A stretch of DNA of 24,000 nt from Methanoculleus sp. SDB (GCA_001412355.1 LKUD01000033.1:39179-63178), one strand, 5' to 3'; shown: positions 1-9,144, counted from the first letter of the stretch. The notes: generated by a model not told the origin, from the sequence alone. Numbers and translations: made by a program.

Positions 1-1056
1 CGCAGTGTATGACGCATAATCATCGTCCCATGCGTCCTGCGTATCGTATGTCCCGTACTGCAGATCAGATTTCATATCTTCGATTTCCTGTTTCCACTCG
101 GCCATTGTGGCTTCCATGAAGACAAGCCTGTCCGCAATTTTTTGGTAGCTCTCCGTGATATGGCAGACGTAGTTCACCCGGGTAAAACGCTTCTCACCGT
201 TCCCGAGCGGGACAACAAAAGCCTCTGCATCCTCGTAATTCTCGGAATAAAGCCCGATATAAGTGGGGACGGTCGTTTCGATATAGAAATACTTCTCGTT
301 TTTTGAAGTCGTGAACGTCCGGAAAGGAGGATTTCCATTCGTGCTGATCCGAATGCCCGCCGTCGCATGATGCATCTCCGGAAAGAGCAGCAATGCCGCA
401 TCATAGCCCGCGCGGGACAACATTCCCAAAAGGAGAAGGCTCTTTTCATCGCAATCCCCTTTCCCGTCATAGATCACTTCGACCGGATACCGGGGGTAGA
501 CCGGGGCGCCGCTGTCATAGGGGATCTGCTGCACGAACGTAACCATCAGCTCAAGAAACTCCTCGTCATTGAGGTTGTCGCTTCGCCGGATCCGTTCCAG
601 GGGGCTGAGCACGTCGTCGAGAAATGTTACGATTGCGGGATCGCCGATAAATGAAGAGTAGTACCCGAGCATCCGATACTCGTCGTACCAGTACTCAGCG
701 GGGAGCGCCTTATCCACCGTCCGGGCGCCCTCGTATACGGACCTGTTAACGTCAATATCGATTTCATACTCCCGGGTCTCGAATTTGACGGGAAACATCC
801 GCGGTTCGGTAGCGGCAGCCCCGTCCATGACGGGTTGGATGCGCTGAAGGGCGAACCCGGTGCCGGATTCATCCTCACCGGTAAAGGCACTTTGTACGGG
901 AGTATTGAAAACTGCATCACCGGCTTCGCCGCCGGGTATGTCGGAGGACCATTGTTCCACGCCCTGTCCGCCATAATCCGTACAGCCGCACACGAACGGC
1001 AGGGAGACGGCCAGAAGAAGAAGGAATATCGTAGTACGGGGAGAACGGGAAGCCAT
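1..1056 (-). CDS. Lipoprotein-like secreted protein with a transglutaminase-like Cys/His core; the start is inside the window and the C-terminus runs off the left edge (partial)
   Basis: This ORF is absent from the supplied track because it has no stop inside the window. Reading plus-strand triplets in register with position 1, I found no tta/cta/tca for 352 codons below the ATG at 1056-1054. The N-terminus MASRSPRTTIFLLLLAVSLPFVCGC has a charged n-region, a hydrophobic core and a lipobox-like Cys. The internal stretch YDGKGDCDEKSLLLLGMLSRAGYDAALLLFPEMHHATAGIRIS...YFYIETT resembles the Cys...His...acid arrangement of transglutaminase-like cysteine-peptidase folds. Confidence 0.6.
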   Translation of the reverse strand, partial: MASRSPRTTIFLLLLAVSLPFVCGCTDYGGQGVEQWSSDIPGGEAGDAVFNTPVQSAFTGEDESGTGFALQRIQPVMDGAAATEPRMFPVKFETREYEIDIDVNRSVYEGARTVDKALPAEYWYDEYRMLGYYSSFIGDPAIVTFLDDVLSPLERIRRSDNLNDEEFLELMVTFVQQIPYDSGAPVYPRYPVEVIYDGKGDCDEKSLLLLGMLSRAGYDAALLLFPEMHHATAGIRISTNGNPPFRTFTTSKNEKYFYIETTVPTYIGLYSENYEDAEAFVVPLGNGEKRFTRVNYVCHITESYQKIADRLVFMEATMAEWKQEIEDMKSDLQYGTYDTQDAWDDDYASYTA

Positions 1057-1285
1057 TATGCACCTTTCAAGCAAGAACCGTCGTATCGGGGGGTGATTTT
1101 CGGACCGGAAAAAACAGGGATGCCTGCCCTGAGGATCTTCCCTGTACCTGTACTGTATCTGTGACTTGCGGAAGAAAGCAGTTTCTGAACCGGCATGCCG
1201 GATATCGGTTCAGGTTCCCTGATAGTGCGGAAACGGGAGGAAATGCCACCGCACTCCCCCGTAACGACAGGAGCCGGAACCCGTG

Positions 1286-1954
1286 TCAGCGGCCGGTGGT
1301 GCCCGGCACGGCCACCTTCTTTTCGATCATGTCTGCGGCGATCGTGGTGATTGTCACCAGCACGAGGTAGATCGCACCGACCATCATAAACGTCTCGTTG
1401 TACGTGAAATATTTCGTTGCCACGATCTTTCCGGCGCCCGAGAGTTCGATAACCGTCAGCATGTAGGCAAGCGAGGAGTACTTGATGAGATAGATGAATT
1501 CGTTTGTGATGCCGGGGATTGCCCGCCTGAGCGCCTGAGGCAGCACGATAAGCCATATACCCTGCAGGCGCGTCATCCCGAGCGCCTGTGCGGCAATCAT
1601 CTGTCCTTCTTTGACGGAGAGGAGGGCGCCGCGAATATACTCGGAGTTATAGGCGGCATTGCAGGAGATGAATCCGATTACCGCGGCGACGACGGGAGAA
1701 AACGAGATGCCTGCAGACGGCAGCCCGAAGTACAGGATGAAGAGCAGCAGAAGCAGCGGGCATCCCTTGACAAACGCGACGAATGCCCGACAGAGATACG
1801 ACGTCAGGCGGCCGCCGTAGGTCCTTCCGACTGCGAGCGCAATGCCAAAGACAAAGCCGAACGGGGCCGCTGCAACGATCAGTTCAAGGGTGATGACCAG
1901 CCCCTGAAGCAGTGCCGGAATAAGCACGTCCGTCATGAATAGCATTGTGTCCAT
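1286..1954 (-). CDS. Polar amino-acid ABC transporter permease (His/Glu/Gln/Arg/opine type)
   Basis: The 222-aa ORF is multi-TM. It has a permease EAA-type cytoplasmic loop (AAQALGMTRLQGIWLIVLPQALRRAIPGITNEFIYLIKYSSLAY). It is the last gene of an SBP-permease-ATPase-permease operon. Confidence 0.9.
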   Translation of the reverse strand: MDTMLFMTDVLIPALLQGLVITLELIVAAAPFGFVFGIALAVGRTYGGRLTSYLCRAFVAFVKGCPLLLLLFILYFGLPSAGISFSPVVAAVIGFISCNAAYNSEYIRGALLSVKEGQMIAAQALGMTRLQGIWLIVLPQALRRAIPGITNEFIYLIKYSSLAYMLTVIELSGAGKIVATKYFTYNETFMMVGAIYLVLVTITTIAADMIEKKVAVPGTTGR

Positions 1955-1966
1955 GAATACCTCCCG

Positions 1967-2725
1967 TCACTTTTCCCGGTCGAATTCCCGGAATTGTCCG
2001 ATGAAATTTTTCGTCCGGGAAAAACGCGGATCCGATAGGAGTTCCTGCGGCGATCCCTGTTCGGCAATCCGTCCCTTATCCATGAACAGGATCTCGTTCG
2101 CGACCGATGTCGCAAATCCCATCTCGTGCGTCACCACGAGCATCGTGGTTCCGTCACGGGCAAGATTCTTGATCACTTCGAGCACTTCACGGGTAAGTTC
2201 GGGATCCAGCGCCGACGTCGGTTCGTCAAAGAGCATGACATCGGGATCCATCGCGAGCGCCCGGGCGATTGATACACGCTGGGCCTGTCCTCCGGAGAGT
2301 TCGGCGGGATAGTGATCCGCCCAGTCTTCCATTCCCACCTGCCTGAGTTCCAGGAGCGCCTTTTTCCGCGCTTCCTTCGCCGGCATCCCCTTCACCTTGA
2401 TCAGGGCGATTTCCACGTTCCTGACAGCGGTCAGGTGATCGAAGAGGTAAAAGTTCTGGAAGACCATCCCCATTTTCTGGCGGAAGTAGTTGATGCGTGA
2501 ACCCGAATGTGTCACCTCTTCCCCGTTCAGCCAGACATGCCCGCTGTCGGGCACCGTCAGCTGGTTGATGCACCTGAGCAGCGTGCTTTTTCCTGTTCCC
2601 GACGGCCCGATGAACACCTTGGTGTCTCCTTTTCTGACGTTAAAGGAGACCGAGTCGAGCACGACCGTCTGACCGTACGACTTGCGGATGTTCTCGACCT
2701 TCAGGATATACTCGTCATCGTGCAT
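1967..2725 (-). CDS. Polar amino-acid ABC transporter ATP-binding protein (GlnQ-like)
   Basis: Motifs seen are Walker [10 protein letters not shown], signature [15 protein letters not shown] and Walker [14 protein letters not shown] moved the start to the ATG at 2725-2723 ([13 protein letters not shown]). The 17 upstream codons of the tracked ORF overlap the preceding permease, and this start gives an 11-nt overlap with its stop. Confidence 0.93.
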   Translation of the reverse strand: MHDDEYILKVENIRKSYGQTVVLDSVSFNVRKGDTKVFIGPSGTGKSTLLRCINQLTVPDSGHVWLNGEEVTHSGSRINYFRQKMGMVFQNFYLFDHLTAVRNVEIALIKVKGMPAKEARKKALLELRQVGMEDWADHYPAELSGGQAQRVSIARALAMDPDVMLFDEPTSALDPELTREVLEVIKNLARDGTTMLVVTHEMGFATSVANEILFMDKGRIAEQGSPQELLSDPRFSRTKNFIGQFREFDREK

Positions 2726-3404
2726 GTGATTCCTCACTCTGATGCCCGAAACCCGGGATCTTAATCTTGTTCTCAACTACCTGCAGGCACTTCATCCCCG
2801 AATAGTTCAGGAGAATATAGATGCCGGCTGCGGCGAGGTAGATCGGCATCGTCACATACGTCTGCGAGACGATCTGCGACGTTCGTGTCAGGAGCTCCAT
2901 TACCCCGATCGCATAGCAGACAGCCGTATCCGTCAGAACGTTCGGGTATTCGTTCGACCATCCGGGAAGCGCAATGCGCATCGCCTGCGGAAGGATAATC
3001 GATCGTATCGACTGAAACCTGCTCATGCCGAGCGAACGGGCCGCGATCATCTGGCCTTCGCTGATCGACTGGATGGCGCCGCGAAAGATCTGGGACTGGT
3101 AGGCTGCCCCGCGCAGGCCGAGCACCACGATGGCGACGACGAACGCCGGCAGATCGAGGTGCAGGCTCGGAAATATCCCGTAATAGAAGAGAAACAGCAG
3201 CACCAGCACCGGCAGTCCCCTGAAAAACCAGACGAAGATCCCGACGCAGGCCCTGACGAAACGTGTCCCGTACACCTGTCCGAGGGCCATCGGGAGGCCG
3301 AACAGCACTCCGAGCCCGAGCGATGCGAGCACGAGGCCGAGTGTGAATACCACCCCGCTTAGCAGATACGGGAACCATTCAATAAGGATCGATACGGCAT
3401 CCAT
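2715..3404 (-). CDS. Polar amino-acid ABC transporter permease (second subunit)
   Basis: The 229-aa ORF is multi-TM. It has an EAA-type loop ([47 protein letters not shown]). Confidence 0.9.
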   Translation of the reverse strand: MDAVSILIEWFPYLLSGVVFTLGLVLASLGLGVLFGLPMALGQVYGTRFVRACVGIFVWFFRGLPVLVLLFLFYYGIFPSLHLDLPAFVVAIVVLGLRGAAYQSQIFRGAIQSISEGQMIAARSLGMSRFQSIRSIILPQAMRIALPGWSNEYPNVLTDTAVCYAIGVMELLTRTSQIVSQTYVTMPIYLAAAGIYILLNYSGMKCLQVVENKIKIPGFGHQSEESHAR

Positions 3405-3551
3405 GGGTAAATTCTCTGAGAGCGGATTGCAGTCTTCCGGACGTCCGCAGTACTTTCATACAATCATGCGATAACCATCACGCCCGTTCGGGAGCGGGGA
3501 ATGCGGATACCCCCCACACCGGAAACAGGCTTTTTTCATGAAAGAAAATCA

Positions 3552-4349
3552 CTACATCTCGTATTTTACGAGCAGTTCATCCCAGTAGGGATCGTTCATG
3601 AGGAGGGTAAGCCCATCGTTCATGGTTGCGAGGAGTTCGGTATCCTCCTTCCTGATGGCAACACCGTAATCCTCTCCGGTGTAGATCTCCCCGATGATGT
3701 GCAGGGGCTTCTCCGCAATCGCATTCACGTGCGGGGGTTTGTCGTAGATCGATGCATCAATCCGCTTGTTCTGGAGATCGGTAACGACAAGGGGGAAGTT
3801 GTCATAGAGTTTGAGGTTCTCCTCGGGCATGAGACCGGTCTCAATCAGGTTTTCATCCACCCAGAAAGCACCGGTCGTGCCCCTCTGGGCACCGATAATC
3901 GCGTTTCCTGCCAGAATGTCGTCCAGAGTCACTGCCGAATCGTCGTGAACGGCGAACGTCTGGTTGATCGTCTGGTACGGGATGGAGAAACTGACCATCT
4001 CCTTCCTCTCTTCGGTGATCGTCATGCCCGAATAGACCATGTCGATCTTCCCGGCATTCAGCGCGGGAATGATTCCGTCCCATGCCATTGCCTTGATTTC
4101 CACATTAAATCCCATTTTGTCGGCGATCCACCGGACCGATTCGACATCCAGTCCCAGGTAATTTCCATCCTTGTCAAGATAGGAATACGGGGGATATTCA
4201 CCGTCCACACCGACAATGTACATCGGTTTTTCCTCAACCGCCGATCCAGACTCTGCGGGAGACTGTTCCGTGCTGCCCGTACAGCCGGCGATACCGGCCG
4301 AAACGACAACTGCGATGACCAACAACACACCAAGAAATTTTATGTTCAT
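3552..4349 (-). CDS. Amino-acid ABC transporter substrate-binding lipoprotein (SBP family 3)
   Basis: The signal/lipobox is MNIKFLGVLLVIAVVVSAGIAGCTG. The body is SBP_bac_3-like (YIVGVDGEYPPYSY..., KIDMVYSGMTITEER, FSIPY, GAQRGTTG). It is the first gene of the importer operon. Confidence 0.9.
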   Translation of the reverse strand: MNIKFLGVLLVIAVVVSAGIAGCTGSTEQSPAESGSAVEEKPMYIVGVDGEYPPYSYLDKDGNYLGLDVESVRWIADKMGFNVEIKAMAWDGIIPALNAGKIDMVYSGMTITEERKEMVSFSIPYQTINQTFAVHDDSAVTLDDILAGNAIIGAQRGTTGAFWVDENLIETGLMPEENLKLYDNFPLVVTDLQNKRIDASIYDKPPHVNAIAEKPLHIIGEIYTGEDYGVAIRKEDTELLATMNDGLTLLMNDPYWDELLVKYEM

Positions 4350-4414
4350 TGAACCATGTGTTTGCAGGAAGGGAACTTATCTTTTATGAATTGTTGCGCA
4401 GGGAAAATTTCACC

Positions 4415-4695
4415 TCATCTCCTCTCCCGGACCTGCGCCGAAACGCGAGCGGAGCACCCGCACGCGCCCGATAACCCCACACCCGTTTCGATAATCGGGA
4501 GGGGGATGCGGCTGACAGGAGGGCGATCCGATACGGAATGAGAGATGCACCACCGCCGTTTTCGCAGTCCATGCAGGGAAAACGCCAGAGATTCCCGGGA
4601 CCGACGGCAGAGCCGATAACAGCGGGAATGCCCTGCTCGAACTCGGTACCGAATTTTCCCCATCTCTCCACCGGAGGGAGGGGGACGATCATCAC
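4415..4695 (-). pseudogene. Remnant of a neurotransmitter:sodium symporter (NSS/SNF) family transporter: N-terminal ~80 codons only, frameshifted and then truncated
   Basis: The frame starting at ATG 4695 reads ERWGKFGTEFEQGIPAVIGSAVGPGNLWRFPCMDCENGGGASLIPYRIALL. This matches the TM1 hallmark of NSS transporters (xxRExWxxxxGxxLAxAGxAVGLGNxxRFPxxxxxNGGGAFxIPYxIxL). The expected continuation GIPLxxxExxxG appears in a second frame (RIPLPIIETGVGLSG, the 4415..4663 ORF). The remaining roughly 450 codons of such a transporter are missing. Confidence 0.55.
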
Positions 4696-4791
4696 TCTAT
4701 TCCTCCGTAATCCAAAGATTCGTCACGAAAGAACATGCATGCCGGGAAAGAGGGATATTTTACGGAACAGAACATATGCGTATCTGCTCGC

Positions 4792-5358
4792 ATGAACCTG
4801 CCGACACTCGTTACCATCGCCGTGAGCCTTGCCATGGATGCATTTGCCGTATCCATCTCCGGAGGCATTACCATGCGGGGTTCACGATGGAAAAACGCCC
4901 TGACTCTTGCACTCTTCTTCGGAGCTTTTCAGGCAATCATGCCCGTAATCGGCTGGGCTTTCGGGGAGGCTGTCAGCTCATACATGGAGGGCATCGACCA
5001 CTGGATCGCCTTCCTGCTCCTTGCGCTCATCGGCGTTCATATGATACGGGAAGGCAGGAAAGACGAAGAGCAAAAGAACCTGAATAGTGCAACGCTTTGG
5101 ATGATCCTTCTCCTGTCGGTTGCCACAAGCATCGATGCGCTTGCCGTGGGACTCACTTTTGCTTTCCTCAATGTCCCGATCCTTACCGCAGCACTCCTTA
5201 TCGGCGTGATAACCGCCCTGATATCATACGGCGGATTTTTCATCGGAGACAGGTGGGGCCACCATGTCGGAGAATACGCGGAGACCGGTGGAGGCCTCAT
5301 CCTCATAGGAATCGGCCTGAAAATCCTCTTCGATCACCTTGGAATACTCCCGTTCTGA
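4792..5358 (+). CDS. mntP: Manganese efflux pump MntP
   Basis: This is a six-TM protein with the duplicated DAFAV / DALAV motifs (AMDAFAVSISGG and SIDALAVGLTF). I placed the start at ATG 4792 (MNLPTLVTIAVSLAMDAF) rather than the upstream ATG 4735. Confidence 0.85.
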   Translation: MNLPTLVTIAVSLAMDAFAVSISGGITMRGSRWKNALTLALFFGAFQAIMPVIGWAFGEAVSSYMEGIDHWIAFLLLALIGVHMIREGRKDEEQKNLNSATLWMILLLSVATSIDALAVGLTFAFLNVPILTAALLIGVITALISYGGFFIGDRWGHHVGEYAETGGGLILIGIGLKILFDHLGILPF

Positions 5359-5366
5359 AAATTCAC

Positions 5367-5585
5367 TTAATCCGTCCCGGTATACCCGAACGCATGTGCG
5401 AGCATGAGAAAATCGGAAAGCCGATCATCGGGTTTCTCCAGAAAAAGAGCCCAAAGCCTGCGATTCAGTGCCAGACTCCGTCCGCATGCGCGGCATGTAA
5501 GGAATACGCTGTTGATGTCATGGTGTACCACCGTGAGCATTCTTTCCTCACACGTCGGGCAGTAATAGCAATCCTCGTCCTCCAT
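5367..5585 (-). CDS. Small zinc-ribbon protein (hypothetical)
   Basis: The 72-aa ORF lies 16 nt downstream of the HEAT-repeat gene on the same strand. It has two CxxC pairs (CPTC ... CRAC). Confidence 0.5.
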   Translation of the reverse strand: MEDEDCYYCPTCEERMLTVVHHDINSVFLTCRACGRSLALNRRLWALFLEKPDDRLSDFLMLAHAFGYTGTD

Positions 5586-5601
5586 TCCGCATTCTCCCGC
5601 A

Positions 5602-8600
5602 TCAGGTTCCGTTTACCGGACTACTCCTTTTTTTCTCAATCGCCGTTACTATCCGGTCAATAACAGGCGCACGCTTCTCATCCATCGCCGCTGCGGCCCG
5701 GAGCATAGCCACCGCGGGCTCGCCAATCTCGATCAATACCCGCTCAGCACCCATTCGTACTGCGGGTGCGGAGTCACCCAGAGTCTCGATAAGCGGTGCG
5801 ACCACCTGTGCCCCGCCGATGCGGGACATCGTCTTCATAGCGATCAGACGGACATCAATCGATTCGTCCTGAAGTGCTTCGGTGACCGGCCCGATGGCCG
5901 CCGGTCCGAGCCGGTCGAGTTCGCCCCACCGATCCTTGCCTATCAGGTAATATGCGTACTCGGTATCGTTACCCGCCTCCCATCCAAGCTGATCGAGCGC
6001 CTCGGCGACACCCTGCTTAAACTCTTTCTCGCCGTATTTCAGCGCATTGACGAGATGGTCCTGCGGGATACCCGAGGGATCCCTGAGGGCTTCGAGTGCA
6101 ACGTGCCTGACCCGGTAGTCGACATCGTTGAGAGCCTGTATCAGCGGTTCGATTGCCCGCCGATCCCCGATATATCCTAGCGAGTGGGCAGCGGCCATCT
6201 GTACCTCCTCGTCACGGTCACGGAGGGCGACAATAAGCGGATCGATCGAGCTCCGGTTGCCCATATACCCGAGTGCCTCGGCAATGACCGCACGCACCCG
6301 GTAATTCCGTTCCGTATTCATCGCCTCGATCAGGGCGTCGATAGATCGCTCGTTCCCGATCTTGCCGAGATTGCGTGCCGCCACCGTCCTCACGAACGTA
6401 TTATCGTCCCGGAGTGCGTTCATGAGAGGATCGACGGCAACCTCCCGCATCTCTCCGAGCAGCTCCGCAGCCGCCTTTTTAATTTCACTATCCTCGTTTC
6501 TCAACGCACGGATGAGCCCTTCGACCGCCGGCCTGCCCATCATCATCAGCCGCATCGAGACAGCCACCTGGGAGGTTCCGTTGCGATCTTTCAGGGCGAT
6601 AATCAGGTTTTCAATCTCCTGAGCTCCGTCCTTGTCGAACTCTTTCGCGTCGTTCTCTTCCATCGCACCGATCAGCTGCGGCTGCTCTTCCTCGACCTCC
6701 ACCCGCTTCATCCACGCATCACGCCAGACGTTGAGGATTTCGCGCTTTTTCATGACGCGTGCCGCCTTATCGCGGACCTCCTCGTCGGGATCCTGCATAG
6801 CGATCAGGATGGCCTCCTCGGCCCGGTGATCGTAAATCGTCCCGAGGGCATCGAGCGCGGCAAGGCGCTCCTTTAAAAGGCCTTTTTTCAGCACCCATGT
6901 CAGCGGCATGATGGCAGGGACTCCAATCTCGGACAGTGCCTGCGAAACCCCCCAGCGCACCTCCGCCACGTCGTCCCCGAGGTGTTCGATCAGGGCGGGG
7001 ATGGATTTGATATCGGCGAGCTTTGCAAGCGCACGGGCGGCACTGATTCGTACCAGGGCATTTGAGTTCTCCAGCGCTTTTAAGAGGGGAGTGAGTGCCG
7101 CAGTGCCGAATTCCACCAGCGCATCCGCGGCCGCGAAACGTACGCCGTTGTACTCGTCACTGAAGAGCTCCACGAGAAACGGTATTGAAAGCGGATTTTT
7201 CAGGCTCCCGAGGGAGAGAGAGGCGGAGATGCGTACATCCTCATAGGGATCGCGGAGCACCTGAATGAGAGGACCCACGCCCTTCTGGCTTCCCATCTCC
7301 CCGAGCGCATCGGAAGCCGCAAGCCGCACGGTGTACGTCTCGTCCTGCAACGCTTTGATCAGGTATTCAATCGCCGGATCACCCATTTCACGAAGCGATT
7401 CGATTGCGGTGGCACGTATCGACTCATCCCGCGATTTTAAGGCGCGGAGCAGCACTTCAACGGGGTCCTCCTTCACTGCGGGATCCTCGCCGGTGAAGGT
7501 TATCGATGTGTGCGAGTCGTAATCGATGAGATCGGCCGGCCCTTCCGCACGAGCGGCGGCTGGCGTGGCCCATACATCGTCGGCGTCTTCCGCCTCCGCA
7601 CGGGCCCGTTCCTGCGCGGCAGCCATCTCCTCCCTCTCAATCGCGGAAAAACGTTCCTTCAGGAATGTTTCCATCCCGCGAATGTCTTCAGGCGTCGGTT
7701 CGGCACCCTCCGCCGGCTTCACCGAAGGCTCCGGCTTTTCCGCACGCTGCCGTTTCCGCTCGGCTGCTGCAAGCCCTTCGTTCACTTTTCGTTCGCTCTC
7801 GGCAATCATCTGCCGGAGCTCTTTCTGCTCTGCCGGACTGGGAACCTGCTTCGGGAAGGGAGGCCGGGCATCCTCCGTTGCTTTGCCGGGACGAACCGGG
7901 AGTCTGCCCTCCAAAATCCGCTGCTCATCGAATTTTTTTCGGGCGCCCATTGAATCATCGTACTCGCGCCTGAACGTCTCCGAATCGGCGACACTCTTGC
8001 GTGCGAGGGTGGATTCCTCCTCGTTTTTCTTTTTTATCGAAGAAATCGCCCGGCGGGCCGACTCTTTCCGGACCGAATCCTGAACTGAGAGGGCGGCCAG
8101 CAGCGCTTCATGTGCGGGATTACCGATCTTCCGGAGTGCTTCCACGGCACCCAGCCGGACACCCGAATGGGCTTCCTGCAGTACCTCGATGAGCGGCTGA
8201 ATCGCGGGTTTGCCTAAGCTGGCAAGCTCGTTCCACTGCTCTTTGGCGATCAGGTACCGGATCTGCTGCCGGGCGTTCGCCGGCTTCCACCCGAGCCGGT
8301 CCAGTGCCCAGGCCGCCTCCATCCTCACCTGAGGATAGGAATCATCCAGCACCGCCATCAGATCGGGGAGTGCCCGGTTATCGCCCAGTTCCCCGTACGA
8401 CTCCGCCGATGCGGCGCGTACGTGGGCATCGTCATCAGAAAGCCCCTTCTGCAGAACCGGGATGGCGCGAAGATCATGAATCCTCCCGAGCGACCGGATG
8501 GCGAGTATCCTGACGCCGGGATCCGGATCGCCTGCCGCCTCAAGAAGAACGGGAACAGCTGCCTTTTTCAGCTTCACGCATTCTTTCCACTCCTCGCGGA

Positions 8601-9144
8601 TACAGAAGAGGTATGCCTTTTCGGTGTCGTCCTCCGGTTCCCATCCTGTCCGCGCCAGCGCATTGCCGGCTTCACGCCGGACGTCGCGGTTACTGTCGGA
8701 GCTGAGATGGCGAAGGGCGAGCAGTGCGTCCATATTTTTCTTTCCCAGGGACCCGAGCATGATCGCTGCCCCCTTCCTGACCGATGCAGATTCGTGCATA
8801 AGTGCCGGGGTGATCGCCTCAAATGCCGGCGTGCCGAGCCGTGCGACATCATCCGAAATATCTGCCGCAACCTCCCCGGGCACCTTCCCCACGAGATGCA
8901 GGAGAGCAGGAAGTGCCGGAAGGCCGGGTGACGAGAGTGCATGGGCGAGACCGGACGAACCGGAACCGCCGGAGAGGCGGGCTACGACGGCCCGGATCGC
9001 AGGCGCACCGAGAGAAAAGAGTGCGGTGGCAGCCCCGGGATGGTATTCGGTATCCGCTCCTGAAAGAATGTTCAGGAGACCGTCGATGTCCCCTGCATCC
9101 TTCAGTTTCCTGATATCCGGTGCAGATCTGCCAAAAAACGCCAT
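5602..9144 (-). CDS. Large HEAT-repeat (PBS-lyase HEAT-like) protein with two repeat blocks joined by a charged low-complexity linker
   Basis: Many ~31-aa repeats fit the form DxxVRxxAAxALGxIGDxRAIxPLIxAL (e.g. RNYRVRAVIAEALGYMGNRSSIDPLIVALRDRDEEVQMAAAHSLGYIGDRRAIEPLIQAL). I placed the start at ATG 9144-9142 (MAFFGRSAPDIRKLKD). The 124 upstream codons of the tracked 1304-aa ORF are Arg/Pro-rich and overlap the FTR-like gene. Confidence 0.85.
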   Translation of the reverse strand: MAFFGRSAPDIRKLKDAGDIDGLLNILSGADTEYHPGAATALFSLGAPAIRAVVARLSGGSGSSGLAHALSSPGLPALPALLHLVGKVPGEVAADISDDVARLGTPAFEAITPALMHESASVRKGAAIMLGSLGKKNMDALLALRHLSSDSNRDVRREAGNALARTGWEPEDDTEKAYLFCIREEWKECVKLKKAAVPVLLEAAGDPDPGVRILAIRSLGRIHDLRAIPVLQKGLSDDDAHVRAASAESYGELGDNRALPDLMAVLDDSYPQVRMEAAWALDRLGWKPANARQQIRYLIAKEQWNELASLGKPAIQPLIEVLQEAHSGVRLGAVEALRKIGNPAHEALLAALSVQDSVRKESARRAISSIKKKNEEESTLARKSVADSETFRREYDDSMGARKKFDEQRILEGRLPVRPGKATEDARPPFPKQVPSPAEQKELRQMIAESERKVNEGLAAAERKRQRAEKPEPSVKPAEGAEPTPEDIRGMETFLKERFSAIEREEMAAAQERARAEAEDADDVWATPAAARAEGPADLIDYDSHTSITFTGEDPAVKEDPVEVLLRALKSRDESIRATAIESLREMGDPAIEYLIKALQDETYTVRLAASDALGEMGSQKGVGPLIQVLRDPYEDVRISASLSLGSLKNPLSIPFLVELFSDEYNGVRFAAADALVEFGTAALTPLLKALENSNALVRISAARALAKLADIKSIPALIEHLGDDVAEVRWGVSQALSEIGVPAIMPLTWVLKKGLLKERLAALDALGTIYDHRAEEAILIAMQDPDEEVRDKAARVMKKREILNVWRDAWMKRVEVEEEQPQLIGAMEENDAKEFDKDGAQEIENLIIALKDRNGTSQVAVSMRLMMMGRPAVEGLIRALRNEDSEIKKAAAELLGEMREVAVDPLMNALRDDNTFVRTVAARNLGKIGNERSIDALIEAMNTERNYRVRAVIAEALGYMGNRSSIDPLIVALRDRDEEVQMAAAHSLGYIGDRRAIEPLIQALNDVDYRVRHVALEALRDPSGIPQDHLVNALKYGEKEFKQGVAEALDQLGWEAGNDTEYAYYLIGKDRWGELDRLGPAAIGPVTEALQDESIDVRLIAMKTMSRIGGAQVVAPLIETLGDSAPAVRMGAERVLIEIGEPAVAMLRAAAAMDEKRAPVIDRIVTAIEKKRSSPVNGT

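Noticed and set aside
1056-1556. A 166-aa minus-strand ORF bridging the lipoprotein start region and the ABC permease.
   Set aside because: It overlaps the permease in a different frame and its translation is Arg/His/Gly-rich. The 1057-1285 interval is better read as intergenic, with hairpins (CTGAACCG...CGGTTCAG at 1185-1213) and an A6/T6 tract at 1109-1114.
1283-4352. Long plus-strand ORFs (1283..1942, 2742..3362, 3501..4352, etc.) lying opposite the ABC transporter genes.
   Set aside because: These are antisense shadow ORFs, typical of high-GC DNA. Their translations are Arg/Asp/His/Pro-rich with no recognisable motifs, whereas the minus-strand products carry canonical ABC motifs.
4384-4730. 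I considered a structured RNA gene (SRP RNA or RNase P RNA) or a Mn riboswitch ahead of mntP, because the ~340-nt gap is G-rich and forms strong hairpins (e.g. 4657-4685).
   Set aside because: I could not find the conserved cores I know for these RNAs: no GAGGAAAGUCC-like CR-I, no SRP helix-8 GNAR/AGCA pattern, and no yybP-ykoY-like four-way junction motifs. The minus-strand translation instead matches the NSS transporter N-terminus too well to be chance. A covariance-model scan would settle this.
5602-9144. The ~93-nt periodicity made me check for a CRISPR-like or tandem DNA repeat array.
   Set aside because: The periodicity is at the protein level (HEAT repeats) with poorly conserved DNA. 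There are no identical direct repeats with unique spacers.
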